The translations under genes were made by a program, and so were the position numbers. The notes below the pieces were generated by a model. The model had not been told where the DNA came from, did not search any database, and saw only the letters and a program-made list of their open reading frames with translations. Below, one piece after another: positions 13,752-26,594 of a stretch of DNA of 64,000 nucleotides; position 1 is the stretch's first letter; every line of letters begins with the position of its first letter. This DNA comes from the human T2T-CHM13v2.0 reference genome, Homo sapiens, in the NCBI RefSeq assembly GCF_009914755.1, contig NC_060925.1; one strand, written 5' to 3'.

Positions 13752-14150
13752 TAATTAGATATATTAAGGCATGCTAACTGCTATAACAAGCCCTTAAATT
13801 TCAATAGTGTAACACAATAGAGGTTTCTTTCTTCCTGTTGTAAAGTCCAAAATCGTTGTTCCAGTCAGATCTCCTCTAGACAGTGACTGGGGACTCAGAC
13901 TCCTACTCTTTTGTCTCCACCATTTTTAGCATGTGCTAAAAGTCACCATATTTATCTACATCAAAGAAAAGGAAGGAGAGAGTATAAAGTAGACCTCTTA
14001 TTAACCACCTCTTTCTGGAAGTAACACACCTCAACTTTGTTCACATTCCCTTGCCTTTAAAGCTGTTGGAGCAGCTGCTTCATGGCTAATACCACTTTCT
14101 AAGGAACAGAATTACAGATCTTTGGTAGGCAGTTAGTCATCTCTACCACA
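13752..14150 (-). mobile_element. Degenerate MLT1 (MaLR) LTR
   Basis: gctataacaa...aacacaatagaggtttctttc, cacattcccttgcc and terminal catctctaccaca resemble antisense MLT1. Confidence 0.55.
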
Positions 14151-14299
14151 CATCAAGTGAGTGGGATTTTCACGATTCTAGAGCTTTCTTTGGGACTACT
14201 ATAGCTGGGCCCAAGTGCAGAGTAAATAGACATAGATATGACATGAAGGGTGATGCTGAGTTGGAAAATGGGAGAGCAGGCATGGCAGAGGGTGGGCAG

Positions 14300-14937
14300 A
14301 ACTGCCTCTTTGACATCTCCACTTGGGAACTCTCATAGGCATCTCCAGTTTAACATGTTCCCAAAGGAGCCCTTTGCCTACTCTGTCTGCCATGCCTGGC
14401 CTATAGCTACCAACTCTCTCTTCTCCCCACCATGACCTTGTTAGTAATTACCACTATCAGCTACCCAGGGCCCAGGTGAGAATCCCAGGGATCACCCTTT
14501 CTTTCTTTCCCTCTTTTGGATTCTCAATTTAATCTATTCTCAAATTCTGTTGACTCTACTTCCTTCTACACTATATTTAAAATATGTCTGGTTCTTCCTA
14601 TCTCTTCTGTCATTGCTCTAGTCTAAGCTGCCATTATCTCTAATTCATAATATCTGCAACAGCTTCCTAGTGGTTCTCACTGTGTCTACTCTTGTGCCCT
14701 TTAATTCATTTTCTACAAAAGGAACCAAGAGATCTTTTTAAAGATTTAATCACATTTAATTTAAATGTGATTTATTTAAAAATAAAAAATCAAATTTAAT
14801 CATATTAACCTGCTCCTGAATCTCTTAATAATGTTCCATTGCACCTAGAACAAATTTCAAATACCATAACATGGGCTACAAGATTTTTCTAGGTTGAGAG
14901 TCCTATCTGATCTTCCAACTTCATCCAGGACCACTTT
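14300..14937 (+). mobile_element. L2 fragment, left half of an L2 split by the large L1
   Basis: gacatctccacttgg...catctccagtttaacatgttcccaaa, agcttcctagtggttctc are L2 3'-region motifs. Confidence 0.7.
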
Positions 14938-14959
14938 GGGTTTTTTCGAGGTGGGATAG

Positions 14960-15849
14960 TGGGGGCGGGTATTCATCCCCTCAAGCATTTATCATTTCTT
15001 TTTGTTACAAGCATTCCAATTATACTTAGTAATTTTAAAATATACAATGAATTGTTATTGATCATAGTCATCCTGTAGTGCTATCAAATACTAGATCTTA
15101 TTCATTCTGTCTAACTATATTTTTGTACCCATTAACTGTCCCCACTTTCCTTCCTCTCCCCACCACCCTTCCCAGTCTCTGGTAACGAGCATTCTACCAT
15201 CTATCTCCATGAGTTCAATTGCTTTAATTTTTAGCTCCTACAAATAAGTGAGTACATGTAAAGTTTGTCTTTCTGTGCCTGGCTTGTTTGACTTAACATA
15301 ATGACCTCCAGTTCCATCCATGTTGTTACAAATAACAGGATCTCATTCTTTTTATGGCTGAATAGTACTCCATTGTGTATACGTACCACATTTTCTTTAT
15401 CCATTTGTCTATTGATGGACACTTAAGTTGTTTCCAAATCTTTGTCATTGTGAATAGTGCTGCAATAGAAATACAGGTGCAGATATCTCTTCAATATACC
15501 ATTTCCTTTCTTTTGGGCATATACCTATCAATGGGATTGCTGGATCACATAGTAGTTCCATTTTTAGTTTCTTGAGAAATCTCCAAACTGTTCTCCACAG
15601 TGGCTGTGCTGATTTATATTCCCACCAATAGTGTAGACAAGGGTTCCCTCTTCTCCACATCCTCACCAGCGTTTGTTATTGCCTGTCTCTTGGATAAAAT
15701 CCATTTTAACTAAAACGAGACCACACCTCATTGTAGTTTTGATTTGCATTTCTCTGATGATCAGTGATGTTGAGCAACTTTTCATATACCTGTTTGCCAT
15801 CTGCATGTCTTCTTTTGAGAAATGTTTAGTCAGATCGTTTGCTCACTTC
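14960..15849 (-). mobile_element. L1MA (about L1MA4/5) 3' end, first of two tandem 3' ends
   Basis: L1MA 3'UTR antisense plus ORF2 C-terminal peptides in ORFs 15231-15422 and 15445-15666. Confidence 0.85.
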
Positions 15850-18800
15850 TTTTTTTTAATTTATTTTTTAAAATAATTTTTATTGTTAATGTTGGTGGGT
15901 ACATAGTAGGTATATATACTTATGGGGTACATGAGATGTTTTGACATAGGCATACAATGCATAATAATCACATAATGGAAAATGGGGTATCCATCTCCTC
16001 AAGCAGGTATCCTTTCTATTACAAACAAACCAATTGTTACTCTTTTAGATATTTTTACATGTACAATTATTATTGACTACAGTTACCCCTTTGTGCTATC
16101 AAATACTAGGTATTATTCATTCATTCTTTTTTTTTTTTTTTTTTTGTACTCATGAACCACCCCCCACCTCCCCCTCAACCCCTAGTCTCCAATGCCACTC
16201 TCAGCCTCTGGTAACCATCCTTCTACTCACTATCTCCATGGGTTCAATTTTGATTTTTAGTTCCACAAATAAGTGAGAACATGTGATGTTTGTCTTTCTG
16301 TGGCTGGCTTATTTCACTTAAAATGAAGACCTCCAGCTCTATCCATGTTGTTGCAAATGACTGAATCTCATTCTTTTTATGGCTGAATAGTACCCCATTG
16401 TGCAAAAGTACCACATTTTCTTTATCCATTCATCTGTTGAAGGACCCTTATGTTGTTTCCAAATCTTGACTATTGTGAACAGAGCTGCAGCAAACATGGA
16501 AGTGCAGATATTTCTTCGATAGACTGATTTCCTTTCTGGTAGGTACATACCCAGGAGTAGGATTGCTGGATGGTATGGTGGTTCTATTTTTAGATTTTTG
16601 AGGAACCTCTAAAGTGTTCTCCATAGTGATTGTACTAATTTACATTCCCATCAACAGTGTATGAGGGTTCCTTCTTCTCCACATCCTTGTCAGCATTCAT
16701 TATTGCTTGTTTTTTGAATAAAAGCCATTTTATTAACTGGGATGAGATGACATCTCATTGTAGTTTTGATTTGCATTTCTCTGATCAATGATGTTTAGTG
16801 CCTTTTCACATACCTGTTTGCCATTTGTATATCTTCTTTTAAGAGATGTCTATTCAGATCTTTTGTCCATTTTTAATCAAATTATTAGATTTTTTCCTTC
16901 TAGAGTTGTTTGAGCTCCTTATATATTCTATTTATTAATTCCTTGTCAGATGGGTAGTTTGCAAACATTTTTTCCCATTCTGTGGGCTACCTTTTCACTT
17001 TGTTGATTGCCTTCTTTGCTGTGCAAAAGCTTTTTAACCTAATGTGATCCCATTTGTCCATTTTGCTTTGGTTGCCTGTGCTTCTGGGGTATTACTCAAG
17101 AAATCTTTGCCCACTCTAATGTCCTGAAGAGTTTTTGCAATGTTTTCTTCTAGTAGTTTCATAGTTTGAAGTTTTTGATTTAAATATTTAATCCATTTTG
17201 ATTTGATTTTTTAATATGGTGAGAGATAGGGATCTAGTTTCATTCTTCTGCAAGTGGATATCCAGTTGCCCCACACCATTTTTTAAGACTGTTCTTTCTC
17301 TAACGTATATTCTTGGCACTTTTATTGAAGTGAGTTCACTGTAGGTGTATAGATTTATTTCTTAGTTCTTGATTCTATTCCATTGGTCTGTGTCTGTTTT
17401 TATGCCACCACCATGCTGTTTTGGTTACTATAGCTCTGTAGTATAATTTGAAGTCAGGTAATGTGATGCCTGCTGTTTTGTTCTTTTGCTCAGGGTGGCT
17501 TTGGCTCTTCTGGGTCTTTTGTAGTTCCATATAAATTTTAGGATTATTTTTTCTATTTCTGTGACCAATGTTGTTGGTATTTTGATAGAGATTGCATTGA
17601 ATCTGTTGATTTCTTTGGGTAGTATGGAAATTTTTAACAATATTGATTCTTTTAATCCATAAACATGGAATGTCTTTCCATTTTTTGGTGTCTTCTTCAA
17701 TTTCTTGCATCAATATTTTATAGTTTTCATTGTAGAGATATTCCACTTCTTTGGTTCAGTATATTCCTAGGTATTTTATTTTATTTGTAGCTATTGTAAA
17801 TGAGATTACTTTCTTGATTTTTCAGAATGTTCACTGTTGGCATATAAAAATAATTTTTGTATGTTGAGTTTGTATCCTGTGACTTTACTGAATTTGTTTA
17901 TCAGTTCTAATAGTTTTTTGGTGGAGTAGTTAGTATTTTCCAAAGATTAGATCACATCATCTGCAAACAATAATAATTTGACTTCTTCCTTTCCAAGGAA
18001 GAAAAGGGCTTTTTTTGGATTCCCTTTATTTCCTTCTGTTGTCTGATTGCTCTAGCTAGGATTTCCAGTACTATGTTGAATTATAGTGATGAAAGTGGGC
18101 ATCCTTGTCTTGCTCAAGATCTTAGAGGAAAGGCTCTCAGTTTTTCCCCATTTAGTATGATACTAGCTGTGGGTCTGTCATATATGACTTCTATTGTGTT
18201 GGAGTATGTTGCTTCTCTACCCAGTTTTTTTTAAGTTTTAATCATGAAATGATGTTGAATTTTATCAAATGCTTTTTCAGCATCAATTGAAATGATTTTA
18301 TGTTTTTTGTCCTTCATTCTGTTGATGTGATGTAACACACATTGATTTGCATATGTTGAACTGTTCTTGCATCCCTGGGATAAATTCCACTTAGTCATGG
18401 TGAATGATCTTTTTAATGTGTTGTTGAATTCAGTTTGGTCATATTTTGTTGAGGATTTTTGTATCACTATTCTGATATCAGAGATATTGGCCTGTAGTTT
18501 TCTTGTTTTGGATGTGTCCTTGCCTGGTTTTTGTATCAGAGTAATATCAACCTCATAGAATGAGTTTGAAAGTATTCCCTCCTGCTGTATTTTTCAGAAT
18601 GGTTTCAATAGGATTGGTATTAGCTCTTCTTTAAATGTTTGGTAAAATTCGTCAGTGAAGCCATTGTGTCCCAGGCTTTACTTTGCTGGGAGAATTTTTT
18701 ATGGCTTTGATATTGTTACTTGTTATGGATCTATTCTGATTTTGGATTTCTTCATGGTTCAATCTTGGTAGGTTGTATGTATCTATGAATTTATCCATTT

Positions 18801-21042
18801 CTTCTAGGTTTTCTAATTTTTTGACATATAGTTGCTCATGTATCTAATGATCCTTTGAATTTCTGTACTATGAGTTGTAATGTCTCCTTTTTCATCTCTG
18901 ATTTTTTTTTATTTGGGTCTTCTCTCTTTTCCTCTTAGTCTGACTAAAGGTTTGTTGATTTTGCTTATCTTTTCAAATAGCTAACTTCTCATTTCATTGA
19001 TATTTTGTAATTTTTATTTCAACTTCATTTATTTCTGCTCTAATCTTTATTACTTATTTTCTTCTATTAACTTTGAGTTTGGTATGCTCTTCCTTTTTCA
19101 GTTCTTTAAGATGCATTATTAGGTTGTTTCCTTCTTTTTTATGTAGGTACTTATTGCTATAAACATTCCTCTTAATACCGCTTTTGCTGCAGCCCATAGG
19201 TTTTGGTATGTTGTATTTCTATTTTCATTTGTCTCAAAAAATTTTTAAATTTCCTTCTTAATTTCTTCTTTGACTCACTGGTCATTTTGGAGCACAATTT
19301 TGGAGCACAATTTCCAAATGTTGATATCGTTTTCAAAATTCCTCTTGTTTTTTATTTCTAGTTTTATTCCATGTGGTCAGAGAAGATACTTGATATGGTT
19401 TCAATTTTTTTTGAATTTTTTAAGACTTATTTTGTGGCCTAACATATAATCTATCCTTGAGAATATTCCATGTGCTGAGGAGAAGAATGTGTATTCTTTA
19501 GCCATGGGATGAAATATTCTGTAAATATCTATTAGGTTGATTTGATCTATAGTGAAGATTCAGTCTGATCTTTGTTGATTTTCTATCTGAATGATCTGTC
19601 CAATGCTGAAAGTGGGGTGTTGAAGTCTCCAGCTGTCATTGTATTGGAGTCTATTTCTCTCTGCAGCTTTAATAATATTTCCTTTATATATCTATGGGCT
19701 CCAGTGTTATATTCTCTTGCTGAATCGACCCCTCTATCAATATATAATGACCTTCTTTGCCTTCTTTGTCTCTTTTCATGGTGTTTGCCTTGAAACCTAT
19801 TTTATCTGATATAAGTATAGCTACTCCTGCTCTTTTTTAGTTTTCATTTACACCGAATATCCTTTTCCATCCTTTTATTTTCAGTCTATGTGTCTTTATA
19901 GCTGAAGTGTATTTCTTGTAGGCAGCAGGTGGTTGAGACTTGTTTTTTATTTCCATTCAGCCATTCTATGTCTTTTGCTTGCAGAGTTTAGTCCATTTAC
20001 ATTAAATGTTATTATGGATAAGTAATGACTTACTACCTCTATTTTAAAAAATTGTTTTCTGTTTTTTCTGTGGTCTTCTTCTCCTTCCTTCCTGTCTTCC
20101 TTTCTGTGAAAGTGATCTCTGGTGGTAGGTTTTAATTTTTTGCTTTGTATTTTTTGTGTCTCTATTGTAGGTTTTTTGATTTGAGGTTACCAGAGGCTTT
20201 CAAATAACATCTTCTAATCAATTATTTTAAAGTAATAAAAACTTAACATTGACTGCAAAAAACTAATAAGCGAAGAGAAAACTAATAAAAATTCTACACT
20301 TTAACTTCATTCCCTGACCCCCACTTTTTAACTTTGTGCTGTTTCTATTTATATCTTATTACACTGTCTATATCTCAAAAAGTTATAGTTATTATTTTTG
20401 ATAGATACATCTTTTAGTCTTCCTACTTATGATTAGTTTATACACAATTGTAGTGTTATAATATTCTGTATTTGTCTGTTACTATTTCCAGTGGGTTTTG
20501 TACCTTCAGATTATTTCCTTTTATTTGTTTACTTCCTTTTCTTTCAGATTGAAAAGCACCCTTTAGCATTTCTTGCAGGACAGATTTGCTGGCGTTGAGG
20601 AAATCCTTCAACTTTTGTTTGTCTGGGAATGTATTTCTTCTTCAGATTTGAAGTATATTTTCCCTAGATATGCTATTCTAGGATAAAAGTTGTTTTCCTT
20701 CAGCACTTTCAATGTGTCATGCCACTCTCCCCTGGCCTGTAAAGTTTCCACTGAAAAGTCTACTGCCAGACATACTGGAGCTGCTTTATATGTGATTGGT
20801 TTCTTTTCTCTTGCTACTTTTAGAATCCTTTATCCTTGACCTTTGGGAGTTTGATTATTAAATGTCATGAGGTAGTGTTTTTTGGATTAAATCTGCTTGG
20901 TGTTCTATAACTTCTTGAGTATTGATATGTTTCTCTAGATTTGGAAAGTTCTCTTACTATTTCTCTGAATATAAACTTTCTACCCTGATCTCTCTCTGTA
21001 TCTTCACTTTAAGTCCAGTTACTTTTAGATTTGCCCTTCTGA

Positions 21043-21387
<345 letters not shown>

Positions 21388-21561
21388 ACTCTTTTTTTTT
21401 TTTAATCTCCTCTGATAGTGTACTTTCAAATAGCTTGTCTTCAAGTTCAGTAATTCTTTTTTCTGCTTGATGAATTCTGCTGTTAAGAGACTGATGCATT
21501 CTTCAATATCTCAATTGAATTTTTCAGCTCCAGAATTTCTACTTATTAAAAAACTATTTCA

Positions 21562-21858
<297 letters not shown>

Positions 21859-23585
21859 CTCTTTTATTCTTTTCATTAAATGTATCTATTAAGATTCAGA
21901 ATTCCTTCTCTGTTTTCTTGAATTTTATTGGGCATCCTTAAAACAGCTATGTAGAATTCTCTGTCTGAAAAGTCACATATCTCTTTGACTCTGAAATTGA
22001 CCCCAGGTGCCTTATTTAGTTCCTTTGGTGAGGTTATGTTTTCCTGGATGGTACTGATGCTTGTGGATGGTTGTTGATGTCTGGGCCTCCAATAGTTAGG
22101 TATTTATTCTAATCTTTGCAGTGTTGGCAAAGATTAGAATATGATGGATGCTTGTACTCATCCATCCCTCTTGACAAGGCTTTCCAAGTATTCAAAGAGA
22201 ATTGAGTGTTGCGATGTAAGTCTTTAGTCATTGCAGCCATATCTGCATTATGGGGCACCCCAAACCCAGTAATGCTGCAACTCTTACAGACTTTTAGAGT
22301 ACTGCCTCAATCATCTTGGGTAAGATCCAGGATAATTACTTGAATTACCAGGCAGAGTCTCTTCCCTCACTTTCCCCCAAACAAACAAGAGTTTCTTTCT
22401 CTTTGTGCTGAGCTGCCTGGAGTTAGGGGAGGGGTGATGCAAGCACCCCTGTAGCCACCAGCACTGGGACTGTACTAGGTCAGACCTGAATTCAGCACAG
22501 TACTGGGTCTTCCTCAAGGCCTGTGGTGACTATTGCTTGACTACCATTGATGTTTATTCAAGGCCCAAGGCTCTTTAGTAAGCAGGTGGTGAATCCAGCC
22601 AGGCTCGTATCATTCCCTTCAGAGTGGCAGGTTCCCTTCTGGCACAGAATGGGTCTAGAAATGCTGTCTAGCAGCTATAGGACCTGGAGTCAGGAGCTTT
22701 AGGAATTTACTTGGTGCTTTATTTGTGCTGTGGCTGAGCTGTTACCCAAGTTACAAGGCAAAATCCTTTTTACTCTTCTCTCTCCTTTCCTCAAGCAGAA
22801 AGAGTCTCTCCCCATGGCCACCACAGCTGAGAATGAACTGGGTCACATGGTACTGGGTCTTGCCCAAGGCTTTTGGTAAATACTGCTTGGCTATCCCCGA
22901 TGTTAATTCAAGGCCTAGGGCTCTTGTCCGCAAGTGATGAATTCTGCAAGGACTGGGTCCTTCCCTTCAAGGAAGCAGGTTCCCTTCTGCCCCAGAGTGC
23001 GTCTAGAAATGTCATCCAGGAGCTAGATCCTGGAATGGGGACTTCAGGACTCTGCCTGGTGCTTTATTTTACTGTGGCTGAGCTGGTATCCCAGGCATAA
23101 GACAAAGTCCTCTTTACTTTTCTGAAGCTGTGAGCTGCACTGCCTGGAGTTGGAGGAGGGTGACACAGCATTCCCTTGGCCACCCCAACTGGTGTCTCAC
23201 TAGGTTACATATACCCTGTGTCCATTGGCTCTAAGCCCATCACAGCACCAGGACTTGCCCAGGAATTGCAGTCCTTTTGGCCTAGACTGCCTTTCAGATT
23301 TATTTGGAGCCCAGAGCCCTTTAACTCACAGTGATGAGACTTGCCGGAACTCAAGGTCTGGCCACTGGGATGGAAGAGTCCCCTCTGGCTAGGGCTTGTC
23401 TAAATGCTTCCCCCATGAGCACCAGCTGAATTTCACCCTGTGTTGCCTTCTGCTGTAACAGGGCAGCTCTGAGTTTTAATGCAAAATCCCACAGTAACTG
23501 TGCTCTCCCTCCTCCACACACCATGTGGCTGCTGCCTGAAGAAGGGGATGAAGGAGGGGTGGTGTAGACAATTTGAATGTCTGTC

Positions 23586-24364
23586 CCATACACGTGGCCA
23601 GGAAGCATATGAAAAAATGTTCAACATCACTAATCATTACAGAAATTAAAATCAAAACCACAATGAGATGTCATCTCACACAAGTCAGAATGGCTATCAT
23701 TAAAAAGTCAAAAAATAACAGATGCTGGTGAGATTGTGGAGAAAAGAGAATATTTATACACTGAGAGTGGGAATGTAAATTAGTTCAGCCACTGTGGAAA
23801 GCAGCTTGGCGATTTCTCAAAGAACTTAAACCATGCAACCCAGGAATCCCATTATTGGGTATATATACAAAGGAATATAAATCATTCTACCATAAAGACA
23901 TATGCACACATATGTTCATCGCAGCACTATTCACAATAGCAAAGACTGGAATCAATCTCAATGCTCATCAATGGTAGACTGGATAAAGAAAATGTTATAT
24001 ACCGTTGAATACTATGTAGCCACAAAGAAGAACAAGATCATGTCCTTTGCAGCAACATGGATGGCGCTGGAGGGCATTGTCTTAAACAAACTAATGCAGG
24101 AACAGAAAGCCAAATACCACATGTAGATCACTTTCTGTGAGCTAAACATTGACTACACATGGAAACAAAGAAGGGAACAATAAATCCTGGGGCCTACTTG
24201 AGGGTGGAGGGTGGGAAGAGAGCAAGGATCAACAAACTCTATCGGATACTATCCTTATTACCTGAATGGTGAAATAATCTGTACACTAAACCCCTGTGAC
24301 ATGCAATTTACCTATATAACAACCTGTACATGTACTCCTGAAAGTAAAAGTCAAAAAAAAAACC
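23586..24364 (+). mobile_element. L1PA15/16- or L1PB-type 3' fragment inserted into the L1MA 5'UTR
   Basis: aaaaccacaatgagatg...ctatataacaacctgtacatgtactcctgaa and A tail; the host 5'UTR resumes at actgtctttcc, matching about 3694 in the first L1 copy. Confidence 0.88.
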
Positions 24365-24569
24365 AAAACTGTCTTTCCTACCCTCTTCAATGCCTATTTC
24401 CTTGATAGGATGTTAAAACCTGTTGCTGAGATTGCTCATCTGATTTTTGATTTTCATGAAGGTGCTTTCTTGTGTGCATAGTTGTTCAATTTGGTGTTCC
24501 TGTGGAGGGGGAAGATCATTGGAGGGTCCTATTCAGCTATCTTGCTGTGCTTCCTCTCAGAACCACTTT

Positions 24570-25003
24570 CTTGCTTGCTCCTGCCACACCGGCCTTTCCT
24601 GTCCTCAAAATTGCCCAGCACTTTCCTGTCTCAGGCACTACGTACATGCTATTGCTCCTGTTTTGTACTCACTTTCTTCTCTCACCTGGTTAATTCCTAC
24701 CCATCCCTCACACCTTAGCTTCAATGCCACTTCCTCAGAGGGCACTTCCATGATGCCCCTAATCGACAATTGGTTCCTCATTATTCTCTCTTAGTATTCT
24801 TCATAGAGCCTCATTTGTAATTTATTTTGTAATTACATATTTATTTGTACATTTGCTTGTTTATATGGCTCTTCTGTTAGACTGTGAATTTCATGAAGGC
24901 AGACATCCTGTCTGGTTTCTTTCTGAGCCACATCCCAGCACTTAGCACAATGCATGGTACTTGAAATGAGTGCCTGAGACATATCTGTTCAAAGAATGAA
25001 TGT
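24570..25003 (+). mobile_element. L2 3' end, right half of the split L2
   Basis: gactgtgaatttcatgaaggcag...cccagcacttagcacaatgc...gaatgaatg terminus. Confidence 0.8.
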
Positions 25004-25467
25004 ATGTGTGGATTATATGAAACGATTGAAAAAAAACCTGGACTCTGTTAAATTACAAATTGTGTAACTATAACGGATTGAGTGAAAAATTATTGACTGA
25101 GACATCAGAGATCCTGTTGACAGTCAAGAGTTGGTTCAGTGGTTATGGCAAAATGGCACCAGGTCAGTAAAGAAAGAAGCGAGGGGATGGTTCAATAGGG
25201 AGATGTGGGGATGGAGTGCTGGGGCTCTGAGATGAGCAGGGTGAGGGTGCACATGCTGGTAGGAAATGCAGATCTGATGAAGACTGGTGAGGTGAGAAAC
25301 AGGAATTGGGACAAAAAGCTGTCAAAGAAGTCAACACAGTGGATACAAATAGTCTTGGCACGTAGTGGGGTTCTGTATCCATGAAATGAATAGTAACAGC
25401 AGAAATCCAGATAAAGAGGAAAAATGGGAGAGCATTTTGAATGCTCTCTCATTCTATCCCATGGATT

Positions 25468-25730
25468 CTACTTTGAATCTATGTTTATGAAGTCTGTGGA
25501 GTCAGTGAGTCATAAGACCATATCCTGCTTTTCTCAGGCTTCAGAGACCAAACATGAAAAACAACATCTTTCTTTTCAGCCCAGTTGTCACTATTTTTAA
25601 AAGAGGAGGAAGTTCTTACTGTAATTCAACAGGTTCTGTTTCCTACTCATTAGTTTTCTAATATTCGTCATGCAGTTAGAATGACTGAATTTATAATGAC
25701 AAATATGCCTGCCCTCAATAAAAGTCATGA
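25468..25730 (+). repeat. Local direct duplication, copy 1
   Basis: Aligns by eye end to end with 26340-26594. Confidence 0.95.
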
Positions 25731-26339
25731 GGATCATGGATTTACATTCTGGAAATAAGTAAATGTAGGGGTCAAGGCTTGGAAAAATTTTGAATAAAAA
25801 TAAATTGATGGGCTGAAAGGTACAGCAATATAAATTTCTCTTCCACCATAAAACATGTAGGGGTGGAAGGTGGAGATTTTGCAGGAAAGGCAGTGAGGCA
25901 AGAAGCATCAAGATAGCTGGGTTTCTGTTTTATCTGTAAAATAAGAGTAAAGGCAAACCTGTCCAACAAGGCCAGGTGTGGGCGTGGACAGGGCAGGGTT
26001 GGAGTCACTCAGATTATTTTGAACAGAAAGCAAAGGTGATGGTTTTGATTGGTCTGTTTCCAGTTTTGTTTTTTCAGGTAGTAGGAGTAGATAGCAGACA
26101 TGAAGGAAACTGAAGGCTTAAGGAACAGGCTGGGAACAAAATTCAGCAGGAGGGCAGGGAAGAAGCAGATAGGGCAATTCCTGTAACTTAAGGGAGTTTG
26201 CCCTGAGCAGCATGGAAATGAGGAGTTGATTCATGTAGCCTTGGTTTATTGCAATTAGACACTCCCAAGTTTTAGTAGATATTCAACAGCTAGGCAATAA
26301 ATGCATTCTAGAACTGTTTCCTTTTCCAGTGAAGAGAAA

Positions 26340-26594
26340 CTACTTTGAATCCATGTTTATGAAGTCTGTGGAGTCAATAGGTCATAAGACCACATCCTGC
26401 TTTTCTCAGGCTTTGGAAACCAAATATGAGAAATAACACCTTTCTTTTCAGCCAGTCGTCACTATTTTTAAAAGAGGAGGAAATTCTTACCATAATTCAA
26501 CAGGTTATTTTCCTTCTCATTAGCTTTCCAATATTCATCATGCAGTTAGAATGACTGAACTTAGAATGACAAATATGCCTGCCCTCAGTCATGA
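26340..26594 (+). repeat. Local direct duplication, copy 2
   Basis: ctactttgaatc(c/t)atgtttatgaagtctgtggagtca...atgacaaatatgcctgccctca shared with copy 1. Confidence 0.95.

Noticed and set aside
17375-18467. Reverse-transcriptase-like peptides
   Set aside because: Fragmented L1 ORF2 with frameshifts and stops; not a functional or novel RT system
19286-19314. 13-bp tandem duplication ttttggagcacaa
   Set aside because: Ordinary slippage inside L1
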